DNA from: a virus
Direction: 5' to 3' (one strand)
DNA: 64,000 nucleotides
IMG/VR virus record: IMGVR_UViG_3300008262_000025
Coordinates: 25,558-89,557 of that record
Shown: in pieces, positions 48,635 to 56,720 of the stretch
How the letters are laid out: every line of letters begins with the position of its first letter
How positions within the stretch are numbered: position 1 is the first letter of the stretch
Notes under the pieces: generated by a model
Databases searched by the model: none
What the model saw: the letters and a program-made list of their open reading frames with translations, nothing else
Told to the model about the DNA's origin: nothing
Translations under genes and position numbers: made by a program

Positions 48635-49234
48635 TTAAAAATTAAATTTATCATATAACACTTGTATAAACTCAATAGGTAAATGAATATTCTTTATACC
48701 TACTGCTTTCTTAAAAAACGGAGCAATGTTTACAGGATAATAACCAGCTAAACCACAACCTATTTGAGTTACTAAAAACTCCTTATCAGGGTTTTCTTTA
48801 GCAAAATCAATAAAGTCATTTACATAAGATTCTATCTCATGTAAAGGTAAATTCTTAGTTATTAACTTATTCATTGTAGGTATAGCATAAGTTTGACCTT
48901 GTAAACCAACAGATTTACCATACTTAGCACCCCAATTCATTGCTGTTTTAGCAGCACCTAATCCATGTCTACCTGCAATATTAGAACCAAATACAAATAC
49001 TTCATTATCATTTAAAGAAGTAATATTATTAGGAGTTACTTTTATATTTTCATATAAATAGATAAGTTCCTTATATTCTTCAATTTCAGTTTCAAGTACA
49101 GTTAATTGATATTCTAATAATTCATTAAGAATTTTATCAGGATTGCGACGATAATACTCTAAATTATGTTCAGCATTTTCTAAACGTTTAAGAGTTATCT
49201 TATACTGTAGTTCATTCTCCAATACTTCCATCAT
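48635..49234 (-). CDS. A1S_2505-like / macro-like phage protein
   Basis: VFVFGSNIAGRHGLGAA, GQTYAIPT, VTQIGCGLAG. Confidence 0.75.
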   Translation of the reverse strand: MMEVLENELQYKITLKRLENAEHNLEYYRRNPDKILNELLEYQLTVLETEIEEYKELIYLYENIKVTPNNITSLNDNEVFVFGSNIAGRHGLGAAKTAMNWGAKYGKSVGLQGQTYAIPTMNKLITKNLPLHEIESYVNDFIDFAKENPDKEFLVTQIGCGLAGYYPVNIAPFFKKAVGIKNIHLPIEFIQVLYDKFNF

Positions 49235-49706
49235 TGTTTAACATAGAATTAATAGTATTCTCCATTTCTGAAGTATTAATTAAATTATAAGGTTCCATGT
49301 AAACTCTAGCTAAACCAAATTTAAGTTTAATTTGACTATAAGTAAAGTTTGGTACGGTTTCTTTAAGCTTAGTAAATTCTTTATCAAGATAATTAATAAC
49401 GTTTAAATCATGAATTGCAAGACCATAATGACCTTTTTCTAAATGATCTTTCCATTTATTTTGAAATGTTTGTGAATCTAATAATTCTTGAGGAAATCTA
49501 TCACCTTCCCAAAGGACAGGTTTTTCTAAACACTCAGTTATTTTTTCACAGAGCCATTCTAATCCATCTAAAGATTCTGCACTTATTGTAACAGGTTTTT
49601 CTATATAACCATCAGGTAATCCTTCTGAATTATAATAAACCTCACGAACTGAATAATAAAGTTCATTATCATGTTCGGTAACTAAAACTCTAAAATTAAA
49701 AGTCAT
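49212..49706 (-). CDS. hypothetical two-domain phage protein
   Basis: FNFRV..EVYY N-domain, QIKLKFGLARVY C-domain. Confidence 0.7.
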   Translation of the reverse strand: MTFNFRVLVTEHDNELYYSVREVYYNSEGLPDGYIEKPVTISAESLDGLEWLCEKITECLEKPVLWEGDRFPQELLDSQTFQNKWKDHLEKGHYGLAIHDLNVINYLDKEFTKLKETVPNFTYSQIKLKFGLARVYMEPYNLINTSEMENTINSMLNNDGSIGE

Positions 49707-49951
49707 TTTGAAATAGTTGGAATTGTTTGATCTGTTTTATGTTTATCATTACTTGTTGACATAACAGCTCCATTGCAGTTACAAAAGAATCTACGTTGTC
49801 CGTATGCCCAAAAAGTATAAACTTTACAACCTTCTGCTTCAAATAATAATTTTACATCAAAATTTGAATTAGTACTTTTTATATGACCAATTGAAGGATC
49901 ATCACAACTAATAAATAATATTAATACTAGTAAAAATGTAAAAATTTTCAT
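49703..49951 (-). CDS. Small lipoprotein
   Basis: Lipobox LFISC; LLFEAEGCKVY.F. Confidence 0.7.
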   Translation of the reverse strand: MKIFTFLLVLILFISCDDPSIGHIKSTNSNFDVKLLFEAEGCKVYTFWAYGQRRFFCNCNGAVMSTSNDKHKTDQTIPTISK

Positions 49952-50106
49952 ATTCTTCCTTTTGATATATCGTTTAACAATAATTTACCTAAAATAAAAC
50001 CAACAGTTGTTACTATAGCATTTTCAGTTCCAAATAGAACACAAGCTACCATAATAATTAACAAACCTAATAAAATAGCAAGAGCGTATATTAAAATATC
50101 ATTCAT
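49948..50106 (-). CDS. Small membrane protein (not in track)
   Basis: 52 aa MNDILIYALAILLGLLIIMVACVLFG; ATGA overlap with next gene. Confidence 0.55.
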   Translation of the reverse strand: MNDILIYALAILLGLLIIMVACVLFGTENAIVTTVGFILGKLLLNDISKGRI

Positions 50107-50118
50107 AGTTTTTATTTT

Positions 50119-50367
50119 TTAAGATTTAAAATATAATTCCCCTGGTTTCAAATAATCATTTGAATAATTATTTTCTACGATAGTAACCATATTACCATTT
50201 TTTAACCCATCGATATAATATTTTGCATATTGATCGTCAGATTTTTCTAATTCTTCTAATACTTTTGTATTATCTACTCTTGTACAACCATAAATTGGTG
50301 TATGAGTAAATGCAATTCTGATATTAGAATCAGATAATAAATTGCGATAGTAGCCTTTTGGTGCCAT
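50119..50367 (-). CDS. hypothetical protein
   Basis: 82-aa ORF. Confidence 0.65.
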   Translation of the reverse strand: MAPKGYYRNLLSDSNIRIAFTHTPIYGCTRVDNTKVLEELEKSDDQYAKYYIDGLKNGNMVTIVENNYSNDYLKPGELYFKS

Positions 50368-50371
50368 AAAA

Positions 50372-50566
50372 TTAAGATTTTCTGTTAAATGAAATGTTTT
50401 CTAATACTTTTACATCTTTAGGTTGCCACTCCCATATTTCACCGTTATCTTGAATAACAGTAAATAGTTTGGAAGTTTCAGTACCATATTCAGTAACTAA
50501 CCACATAAAACCTTTACCTTTTGGTGTAGTTACTTCTACTCTATTTTGTAATTCTAATATTATCAT
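50372..50566 (-). CDS. hypothetical protein
   Basis: 64-aa ORF. Confidence 0.65.
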   Translation of the reverse strand: MIILELQNRVEVTTPKGKGFMWLVTEYGTETSKLFTVIQDNGEIWEWQPKDVKVLENISFNRKS

Positions 50567-50567
50567 A

Positions 50568-50834
50568 TTAATCTACTACTCCATTACCATAGTAAAGTTC
50601 AAATGATTTCTTTTTATAATCATCTGACTTAAGCCAATCACTATATTTATTTTCCCAATCTTTATCTTGAAATTTATAGTACGAACCATTACAGTAACGT
50701 AAACTATTATTTAATTTATAAAACTGTTCAAATAAATCTATTTCATTATCAGCTTCTATTTCTTTCTGTTTTTTAATCTCTGAGTTAACACTAGTATAAC
50801 TTACTCTATCATAATAATCAAGTATTGCTTTCAT
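50568..50834 (-). CDS. hypothetical protein
   Basis: 88-aa ORF. Confidence 0.65.
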   Translation of the reverse strand: MKAILDYYDRVSYTSVNSEIKKQKEIEADNEIDLFEQFYKLNNSLRYCNGSYYKFQDKDWENKYSDWLKSDDYKKKSFELYYGNGVVD

Positions 50835-51228
50835 CTAATACTTTTTTTACAAGTGGAAAAATTTCTCTTGTCTCTTCTTCTGCCCATGTTATCATCTCTT
50901 CTTCTTTGTTTATATCCCAATCATAAAGCTCAAATGCTCTATGCATCATTTCATGATTTAATAATAACATAGTTTCAAAATCTGATGTACATCTACTTAG
51001 ATTTATAAATACAAAGAAATCATCTCCTGTTTTATAATCTTCATCTTCTTTAGGTACATAATTAGACCAACCTGCTATGTAAGCACTTTTTGTTGTGTTC
51101 TTATGTTTTATACAATCTTTATGTTTTAATCCGTGCATTTCTTCAACACCATAATGCCAAAATATACTACATGGATTTTTACTTAACAACAATGTGTAAG
51201 TTTTTCTCTTTATTTTCTTAATATTCAT
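50818..51228 (-). CDS. hypothetical protein with HExxH motif
   Basis: LNHEMMH..EEE. Confidence 0.65.
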   Translation of the reverse strand: MNIKKIKRKTYTLLLSKNPCSIFWHYGVEEMHGLKHKDCIKHKNTTKSAYIAGWSNYVPKEDEDYKTGDDFFVFINLSRCTSDFETMLLLNHEMMHRAFELYDWDINKEEEMITWAEEETREIFPLVKKVLDESNT

Positions 51229-51254
51229 TATTTAAGATATAAAATCTTATAAAT

Positions 51255-51497
51255 TTAACTGTCTTTAAACTTTTTATCATAGTATTGTTTACCTAATTCA
51301 GGAAGAAATTCAGTTCCAAAATGATCAGGCATCCACATTGCAGCATCTATTATTTGCTGTTTTTCCATTTCTTTAGCATCGTAACACAAATCATAAACCC
51401 AAGTAGGTATTTCACCCATATCTTTATTATCAATTTGCTGTATCAACCATTCTACTGCTGTCATAAGTTTGCGATTTCTGTTCGAACTTGTTGCCAA
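51255..51497 (-). CDS. hypothetical protein
   Basis: TAVEWL..AKEMEKQQIIDA. Confidence 0.65.
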   Translation of the reverse strand: MATSSNRNRKLMTAVEWLIQQIDNKDMGEIPTWVYDLCYDAKEMEKQQIIDAAMWMPDHFGTEFLPELGKQYYDKKFKDS

Positions 51498-51679
51498 TAT
51501 TCTTTTTCGTTTTCATCAAATAAATGAGCACTAAGGATTTCTTCTACTGTAATCAAAGCGCATTGCTTGGCATTTTCTTTTTCAATATCTAGTCTATATC
51601 TATGTGTTTCAGGATCCGTACCATCTGTAAATTTTCTAAATATATTAACTAACTCTATTGCCTTTTCTTTCGGTGTCAT
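51461..51679 (-). CDS. hypothetical protein
   Basis: MTPKEKA..AKQCALI.VEEI..YWQQV. Confidence 0.65.
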   Translation of the reverse strand: MTPKEKAIELVNIFRKFTDGTDPETHRYRLDIEKENAKQCALITVEEILSAHLFDENEKEYWQQVRTEIANL

Positions 51680-51885
51680 TGTTTAATATCTTTACATTTT
51701 TTACGTATAAATATTTTTAGTGTCTTACCGTCATCTTGTAATTGTAATTCAACTTGATTTGTTGAATCCCAATTTACATAACTTCTTCCATTTTCATCAA
51801 TAACTTCTACTCTATTTACAAATAAAGTATTAGTAATTTGAAATCTTTTTCTGATTTTATTAATAAGTTTAGTAATTTTTTTCAT
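51676..51885 (-). CDS. hypothetical protein
   Basis: RVEVIDENGR..QDDGKTLKIF. Confidence 0.65.
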   Translation of the reverse strand: MKKITKLINKIRKRFQITNTLFVNRVEVIDENGRSYVNWDSTNQVELQLQDDGKTLKIFIRKKCKDIKQ

Positions 51886-51897
51886 AATTTTTACTTT

Positions 51898-52137
51898 TTA
51901 TTTGTTATTTAACCACATTAGTTTTTTTATTAAAAACTTTATTTCATTCTTTTTATATCTTAATTTTTTCAATCTTCTTAAAAGTATTAGTTCTTGTATT
52001 TCTTTTTTACTTTTATAAGATTTTGGTTTAGGTTTATAATTAGTAATAAAATAAATTAAACAAAATAAACTAATAGGAAAACTAAATAAAATCAATAATA
52101 CTATAAATGGACCAAGAACACCAATTATTAAGTTCAT
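51898..52137 (-). CDS. small membrane-anchored protein
   Basis: Hydrophobic N-terminus, basic tail. Confidence 0.55.
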   Translation of the reverse strand: MNLIIGVLGPFIVLLILFSFPISLFCLIYFITNYKPKPKSYKSKKEIQELILLRRLKKLRYKKNEIKFLIKKLMWLNNK

Positions 52138-52418
52138 TAGAATCTATATAATTTCATTACCTCATCATCACAAGGTAAAAGTTTTTTAATGTCTGGTATA
52201 GAATATACTTTATCACCATAGTCTAGGACATATTCTTCACCTTTTTCCTCCCAGTGAATATAAATTGCCCAATCACCATAGTAACTTTTCTTAGCTATCC
52301 AGATGAGATTATCACCTTTGCGAGTTCTACTAGCAGTAATACCTTCGTGAGAATTAGGAACGATACCTTTAGCTATAATAGAATCATTAGGTATTTGATT
52401 GTATTCGTTTAAAGTCAT
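52137..52418 (-). CDS. hypothetical protein
   Basis: 93-aa ORF. Confidence 0.65.
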   Translation of the reverse strand: MTLNEYNQIPNDSIIAKGIVPNSHEGITASRTRKGDNLIWIAKKSYYGDWAIYIHWEEKGEEYVLDYGDKVYSIPDIKKLLPCDDEVMKLYRF

Positions 52419-53239
52419 TTTATTCTATTTTTATCGCCATTAGATGTTAAGTAAACATTTAAATCTTTTATTGACAAAGAAGCATCAATATTTTTTTTAT
52501 CATCATCAGAAAATCCAAATTTAGGTGCTAATCTATATTGATAGTTACCTCTTTTTATCATTTCTTTGTTTAATCGTTTAATTATTCCTTTTATTTTCTT
52601 TTGAAATAACTTTATTTGTTCTTTCTTTATTACTTCTGGTTCTTGACCATTTTCATTAAGATAACCAACAGGATAAAATAAACAATTATCTAAGTATTTA
52701 TTAATTTCTTCTTCATCATTAGTATAGATTTCATGTGCTTTATCTTTTCTTTTCTTTAAAGATTCTATTAGTGTATCTTTTGATATACCTTTATAGTTAT
52801 TATCAATAAATAATCTAACAGTTTCTCTAAATACTTTAGGATTATGACCACGTGCAGTTATAATACCAAAATAAGCACCACTGTTAAGAGCTTCAACAAA
52901 ATCATTCCATGATGGAGCTAATTTAGAATTCTGTACAGCTACTAAAAATGGTATAATACCACATCTAAAATCTCTAAATGGTTCAAATGTTGATAATCCA
53001 ACACCTACATGACCATTGTAATCAATAGATCCTTTTTTAAGCTTTTCTTTTATTTCAGCATACTCTGCTGTAGATATAGGAATCTCTTTACCAGTAACAT
53101 CCATTAAATATATTTGACAAGGCATATAAAGTAAATTATCATCCCAATCAAATAAATAGTATTTAAGATATACTACTGGTCGATCAAATAAAAAATAAGA
53201 AAATATTGTTATAATTATTAGTGTAATTGCTATTTCCAT
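52415..53239 (-). CDS. HAD-superfamily phosphatase-like protein
   Basis: FDWDDNL (DxD), IITARGH, KK, GFSDDD; hydrophobic N-terminus. Confidence 0.75.
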   Translation of the reverse strand: MEIAITLIIITIFSYFLFDRPVVYLKYYLFDWDDNLLYMPCQIYLMDVTGKEIPISTAEYAEIKEKLKKGSIDYNGHVGVGLSTFEPFRDFRCGIIPFLVAVQNSKLAPSWNDFVEALNSGAYFGIITARGHNPKVFRETVRLFIDNNYKGISKDTLIESLKKRKDKAHEIYTNDEEEINKYLDNCLFYPVGYLNENGQEPEVIKKEQIKLFQKKIKGIIKRLNKEMIKRGNYQYRLAPKFGFSDDDKKNIDASLSIKDLNVYLTSNGDKNRIK

Positions 53240-53517
53240 TCTTTTAGTATTTTATAATAAACAAATTCAGAATCGTTCTGTTCCCAAGCATTAAACCCTA
53301 TATTATAAGGTTCTGTTATTCTTATATGACCAAGAAAACCTTTTGCAGGTTTATTTTCTTCAGTATATTTATCAGGTAATGATGGATACCACAAACCTTT
53401 ATAGGTATGTTCACCATCTACATCATTACTAATAAATTCAATTGGATATACATTATCAACAGGTAATGGATTTAAATGTCTATTTAAATATCCTTCTCTT
53501 TTTTCTAAATTCTTCAT
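53230..53517 (-). CDS. hypothetical protein
   Basis: Likely start MKNLEK. Confidence 0.65.
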   Translation of the reverse strand: MKNLEKREGYLNRHLNPLPVDNVYPIEFISNDVDGEHTYKGLWYPSLPDKYTEENKPAKGFLGHIRITEPYNIGFNAWEQNDSEFVYYKILKEWK

Positions 53518-53559
53518 AACTAAATAATTAAATTGGATAAAAAAACTGGTAGGCAAGGT

Positions 53560-53594
53560 AAAAAAAGTAGCGACATAATAAATACATCGCTACT
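53560..53594 (-). terminator. Intrinsic terminator after the RNA cluster
   Basis: AGTAGCGATGT..ATGTCGCTACT-TTTTTT. Confidence 0.7.
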
Positions 53595-53627
53595 ACTAAA
53601 CCAAAATCTATGAAAACATTAAAACGT

Positions 53628-53687
53628 AAGTTAGTTCCTTTTTATTCACTTTCAATAATAATAAATTTGATAAATTGTAACTAACTT
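53628..53687 (-). ncRNA. TTACAA-stem element without tRNA domain
   Basis: AAGTTAGTT ACAA..AACTAACTT, same stem as 47245-47353. Confidence 0.7.
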
Positions 53688-53691
53688 GTTG

Positions 53692-53764
53692 AGGGGAATC
53701 TCGGAATCGAACCGAAATAAAAGAATTATAAGTAACTAAATAAGTTACTACCTGACATTCCCCT
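53692..53764 (-). ncRNA. tRNA-like RNA: acceptor and T-arm kept, D/anticodon arms replaced
   Basis: AGGGGAAT/ATTCCCCT; AGTAACT TATTT AGTTACT-TATAA; TTCGG TTCGATT CCGAG. Confidence 0.7.
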
Positions 53765-53769
53765 TGTAT

Positions 53770-53818
53770 AAATCACTATAATATTAAGCAGATATTGTTA
53801 AATCTTTGTAAGTGACTT
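53770..53818 (-). ncRNA. TTACAA-stem element without tRNA domain
   Basis: AAGTCACT TACAAA..AGTGATTT, same stem as 47428-47523. Confidence 0.7.
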
Positions 53819-53826
53819 TTTTAACT

Positions 53827-54006
53827 TTAAGTTGTCCAACCTTTCATTGGACTTCTAAATTTCTGTTGTTCTTCACCAGTTAATTTATAACGATAAAGAT
53901 ACTTTTTACCTTGAATTCTTTCAAGTTTTGACTTTTGTTTCTTTGCAAACTTCCTTGTTCCTTGTCCGTTACCAGGAAGATTGTCAATTTTTTCGTAACT
54001 GTTCAT
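53827..54006 (-). CDS. 59-aa basic peptide between two RNA triads (not in track)
   Basis: MNSYEKIDNLPGNGQGTRKFAKKQKSKLERIQGKKYLYRYKLTGEEQQKFRSPMKGWTT. Confidence 0.6.
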   Translation of the reverse strand: MNSYEKIDNLPGNGQGTRKFAKKQKSKLERIQGKKYLYRYKLTGEEQQKFRSPMKGWTT

Positions 54007-54026
54007 AACAAGATAATTTAAAATTT

Positions 54027-54119
54027 AAGACAGTTAATGTGGGAATTGAACCCACTACCGTTTGATTAAAATTCAAATGCTCTACCAAATGAGCTAAATT
54101 AAATTTTTGTAACTGTCTT
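54027..54119 (-). ncRNA. tRNA-Lys(UUU)-like body whose acceptor end is replaced by a TTACAA stem
   Basis: AAGACAGTTA/TAACTGTCTT closing GCTC ATTTGGTA GAGC, TTTGA ATTTTAA TCAAA, GTGGG TTCAATT CCCAC. Confidence 0.8.
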
Positions 54120-54124
54120 GTTTG

Positions 54125-54240
54125 TGGCGAGGGAAGGAATCGAACCTCCGTTAAAAATAATCCTCAATTTATTTGAATTTATGAAGTTATTGTAACTAGC
54201 TTTAAGAAGAACTAGTTTAAGCCAACATTTCAACCTCGCC
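54125..54240 (-). ncRNA. tRNA-like RNA with internal TTACAA stem in place of the anticodon arm
   Basis: GGCGAGG/CCTCGCC-A; AACTAGTT..AGCTAGTT-ACAATAACTTCATAAA; GGAGG TTCGATT CCTTC. Confidence 0.75.
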
Positions 54241-54247
54241 TTAAAAG

Positions 54248-54309
54248 AAGACACTTAATTTATTTATGAACATTGATATAATTAATTTATAAATGTTTGT
54301 AAGTGTCTT
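54248..54309 (-). ncRNA. TTACAA-stem element without tRNA domain
   Basis: AAGACACTTA CAAACATT..AATGTT..TAAGTGTCTT. Confidence 0.7.
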
Positions 54310-54316
54310 AAATTCT

Positions 54317-54715
54317 TTATTTCTTCCAGGTGCTTTTTATTTCATACTGGACCATATAATCTACTGTTTTCTGTTCATCATACATTATTCTAAGATTATT
54401 ACTAACCTTATCAATAACAATGACATATTCTGTACCGTGCATATCTACTGCTTCAAATCTCCAACCAGTATCTTTATCATCTAATGGTTCAAACTTATTA
54501 ATGAAGTAATTAAACTCAGCATCTGCACTTTTTTGATTTAAAGTAGTAAAATCTTTATTAAATTCAAATAGAAAAGGTTCATCAAACTCTTTTATAAGTT
54601 TATACTTTTCCTCTTCAAAATCATAATAAGTATAATATGATTTATCTGAACTAAAAAAGAACTGTGCATTAACATTAAGTGCACAAATCATAAGTAAAAA
54701 TAACACTTTTTTCAT
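54317..54715 (-). CDS. Secreted hypothetical protein
   Basis: Signal peptide MKKVLFLLMICALNVNA-Q. Confidence 0.7.
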   Translation of the reverse strand: MKKVLFLLMICALNVNAQFFFSSDKSYYTYYDFEEEKYKLIKEFDEPFLFEFNKDFTTLNQKSADAEFNYFINKFEPLDDKDTGWRFEAVDMHGTEYVIVIDKVSNNLRIMYDEQKTVDYMVQYEIKSTWKK

Positions 54716-54749
54716 AACATTACTGTTTAAAAGGTCAACAATTATATAA

Positions 54750-55190
54750 TTAATCTTCATACTCAGAATAAGAATCAAGCTGTTTTTTAAGAGCAGTAAT
54801 TCTTTCTTCTGGAGTCATTTTTTCCTGTTCAAGTCTATCAATCTCAGCAGATAAAGCTTTCTTAGCTTCAATAGCTTCTGCTTTTTGAGCTTGATGAATC
54901 TTATAACCTATCAATAAAGATAAAAAGTCTTTATGATCTTGTAGATCTTTTAACTTTCTTTCTTGATACTCAGTCATAGTCCATTCATCAGAATCTTCTA
55001 ATTTACGAACTTGATCTTTTAATTTAGCATGCATATCTTTTAACGTATTAATAGTTAAATCATGCATCATTTGTTGTACACTGTATTTACCAAGTGTACC
55101 TGTGAAATATGTATTAGAAAACAAAAGTTTTGCTGATACTTTTTCTAGTTGGTCTTTATGTTCTTTTGTAAACATTTTCTTTTCATTCAT
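54750..55190 (-). CDS. coiled-coil hypothetical protein
   Basis: 146-aa ORF. Confidence 0.7.
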   Translation of the reverse strand: MNEKKMFTKEHKDQLEKVSAKLLFSNTYFTGTLGKYSVQQMMHDLTINTLKDMHAKLKDQVRKLEDSDEWTMTEYQERKLKDLQDHKDFLSLLIGYKIHQAQKAEAIEAKKALSAEIDRLEQEKMTPEERITALKKQLDSYSEYED

Positions 55191-55422
55191 AATTTGAATC
55201 TTTTTTGAGTAAATAAAAATCTATTTCTTCTTCTTCATTCAGATAATTTTCAGTATCAATATCACCACAATTATATGTAGGGTATTGTATATCTCTATCA
55301 TTATCATGAATTGCTTCAAGTTGAGATGAATCTCTTGCAAATTTATCAGAAGCATTTATTCTAAAATAACATTCTTCTGATTCACACCAATACGTTTTAT
55401 ATCTGTAACCTAATTTCTTCAT
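55183..55422 (-). CDS. hypothetical protein
   Basis: 79-aa ORF. Confidence 0.6.
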   Translation of the reverse strand: MKKLGYRYKTYWCESEECYFRINASDKFARDSSQLEAIHDNDRDIQYPTYNCGDIDTENYLNEEEEIDFYLLKKDSNYE

Positions 55423-55433
55423 ACAATGTAATT

Positions 55434-55461
55434 AAAAAGGGTATAGTGTTACCTATACCCT
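55434..55461 (-). terminator. Intrinsic terminator
   Basis: AGGGTATAG-GTAACA-CTATACCCT-TTTT. Confidence 0.75.
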
Positions 55462-55490
55462 ACAAAACAAACTATTTACACACAAAATTT

Positions 55491-55922
55491 TTACTTTGAT
55501 TTAAATACTACTTTATCGTAATTATTTCTCATTTCAACAGCAATAACTTTATCTTCCTTTATATGGAATACAATGTTACTATTATTTTTAGCTGTAAATA
55601 AATAAGAATCACATACATCGCAATACTTGTTTCTTAGTTTAAACTCAAATAGTCCATACCATTCAAATTTATCATTCCCTTTATCAAAGTGACCTAATAG
55701 TGTGTCACCACGTAATTCATAATTTATGGTGTAACCGTTTACAGCAGTATCTAATACTTCCATAACGTCACCATTTTCATTTAATTGATGCATTACTGCA
55801 CAATCTACTACAATAGGTTTAGGTTTAAACCCAAATAAATTACTTTTAGTAGTACAAGATACAATAAATGTAAAACAAGCTACTGATAAGTAAAATGCTG
55901 TAATTGTAAAAACTTTTCTCAT
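55491..55922 (-). CDS. Putative lipoprotein
   Basis: MRKVFTITAFYLSVACFTFIVSC. Confidence 0.65.
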   Translation of the reverse strand: MRKVFTITAFYLSVACFTFIVSCTTKSNLFGFKPKPIVVDCAVMHQLNENGDVMEVLDTAVNGYTINYELRGDTLLGHFDKGNDKFEWYGLFEFKLRNKYCDVCDSYLFTAKNNSNIVFHIKEDKVIAVEMRNNYDKVVFKSK

Positions 55923-56185
55923 TTTTGTTTTTTTAATTGAGACCAATAAATTCTTTTGTATTCATTCAACTTTTGAAGTTGAGCATCATTTAATTCTATT
56001 GTTGAAATAGAACTAGCAGCCATATACCATTCAGGTATTGTAACTGAAATATTAAAAGAGTTAAATTCTTCTTTAAACAGTTCAGCATCTTGTTGGGACA
56101 AGCAGATCATATAATCATCTACTTTGGATCCCCATCCTCTTTCAGATTCAATAATTTCTACTTTAAACGCATTCATAATATTCAT
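55919..56185 (-). CDS. hypothetical protein
   Basis: IIESERGWGSKVD..PEWYM. Confidence 0.7.
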   Translation of the reverse strand: MNIMNAFKVEIIESERGWGSKVDDYMICLSQQDAELFKEEFNSFNISVTIPEWYMAASSISTIELNDAQLQKLNEYKRIYWSQLKKQK

Positions 56186-56535
56186 TTTTTTAGATGAAAT
56201 AAAAAGTTAATTAATTCGTTTACAATTTTTTGAAATTTTTCTTCTTGTGTTTTTAAATCAAAATAATCAGTAAGAACTATACCATAAAAATAATATACAC
56301 CATTGTATCCAAAATCTCTTGGTACAAATGTCATCATATAAATATATTTTTTATGACTATTATCAAACTCCATTTTAAAACTATTTAAATAGTCAAATGT
56401 TAATTTTTCACAAAGATTATACTTTAAAATAGTATCATCAATTGATTGAATAATAAGTTTAACAACATCTATATTCTCTGGTACTTTTGATTTTAATAAC
56501 TCAAGTAAATTTTGATACTCTGTTTGTGTTAACAT
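56182..56535 (-). CDS. hypothetical protein
   Basis: Start MLTQTEY chosen to avoid overlapping the tRNA. Confidence 0.65.
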   Translation of the reverse strand: MLTQTEYQNLLELLKSKVPENIDVVKLIIQSIDDTILKYNLCEKLTFDYLNSFKMEFDNSHKKYIYMMTFVPRDFGYNGVYYFYGIVLTDYFDLKTQEEKFQKIVNELINFLFHLKK

Positions 56536-56550
56536 AATTAAAATAATTAG

Positions 56551-56623
56551 TACACTCAACAGGTCTCGAACCTGTAACCTACAACTTAGAAGGTTGTTGC
56601 TCTTCCAATTGAGCTATGAGTGT
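56551..56623 (-). tRNA. tRNA-Arg(UCU)
   Basis: ACACTCA/TGAGTGT; GCTC..GAGC; ACAAC CTTCTAA GTTGT; ACAGG TTCGAGA CCTGT; no encoded CCA. Confidence 0.92.
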
Positions 56624-56628
56624 TTTAG

Positions 56629-56714
56629 TAGTCAGGACAGGATTCGAACCTGTAACCGCAAAGGGTATGCTGTTCTATTGGGAAGCACGCGTCTACCAAT
56701 TCCGCCACCTGACT
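56629..56714 (-). ncRNA. Leu-type tRNA-like RNA with 12-nt anticodon loop
   Basis: AGTCAGG/CCTGACT; GCGGAATTGGTAGACGC; GTGCT TCCCAATAGAAC AGCAT; variable arm; ACAGG TTCGAAT CCTGT. Confidence 0.75.
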
Positions 56715-56720
56715 ATTATA

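Noticed and set aside
46836-54309. TTACAA-stem repeats as a CRISPR or mini-CRISPR array
   Set aside because: Units are inverted-repeat stems with covarying sequence, irregular spacing and tRNA-like interiors; there are no identical direct repeats and no cas genes.
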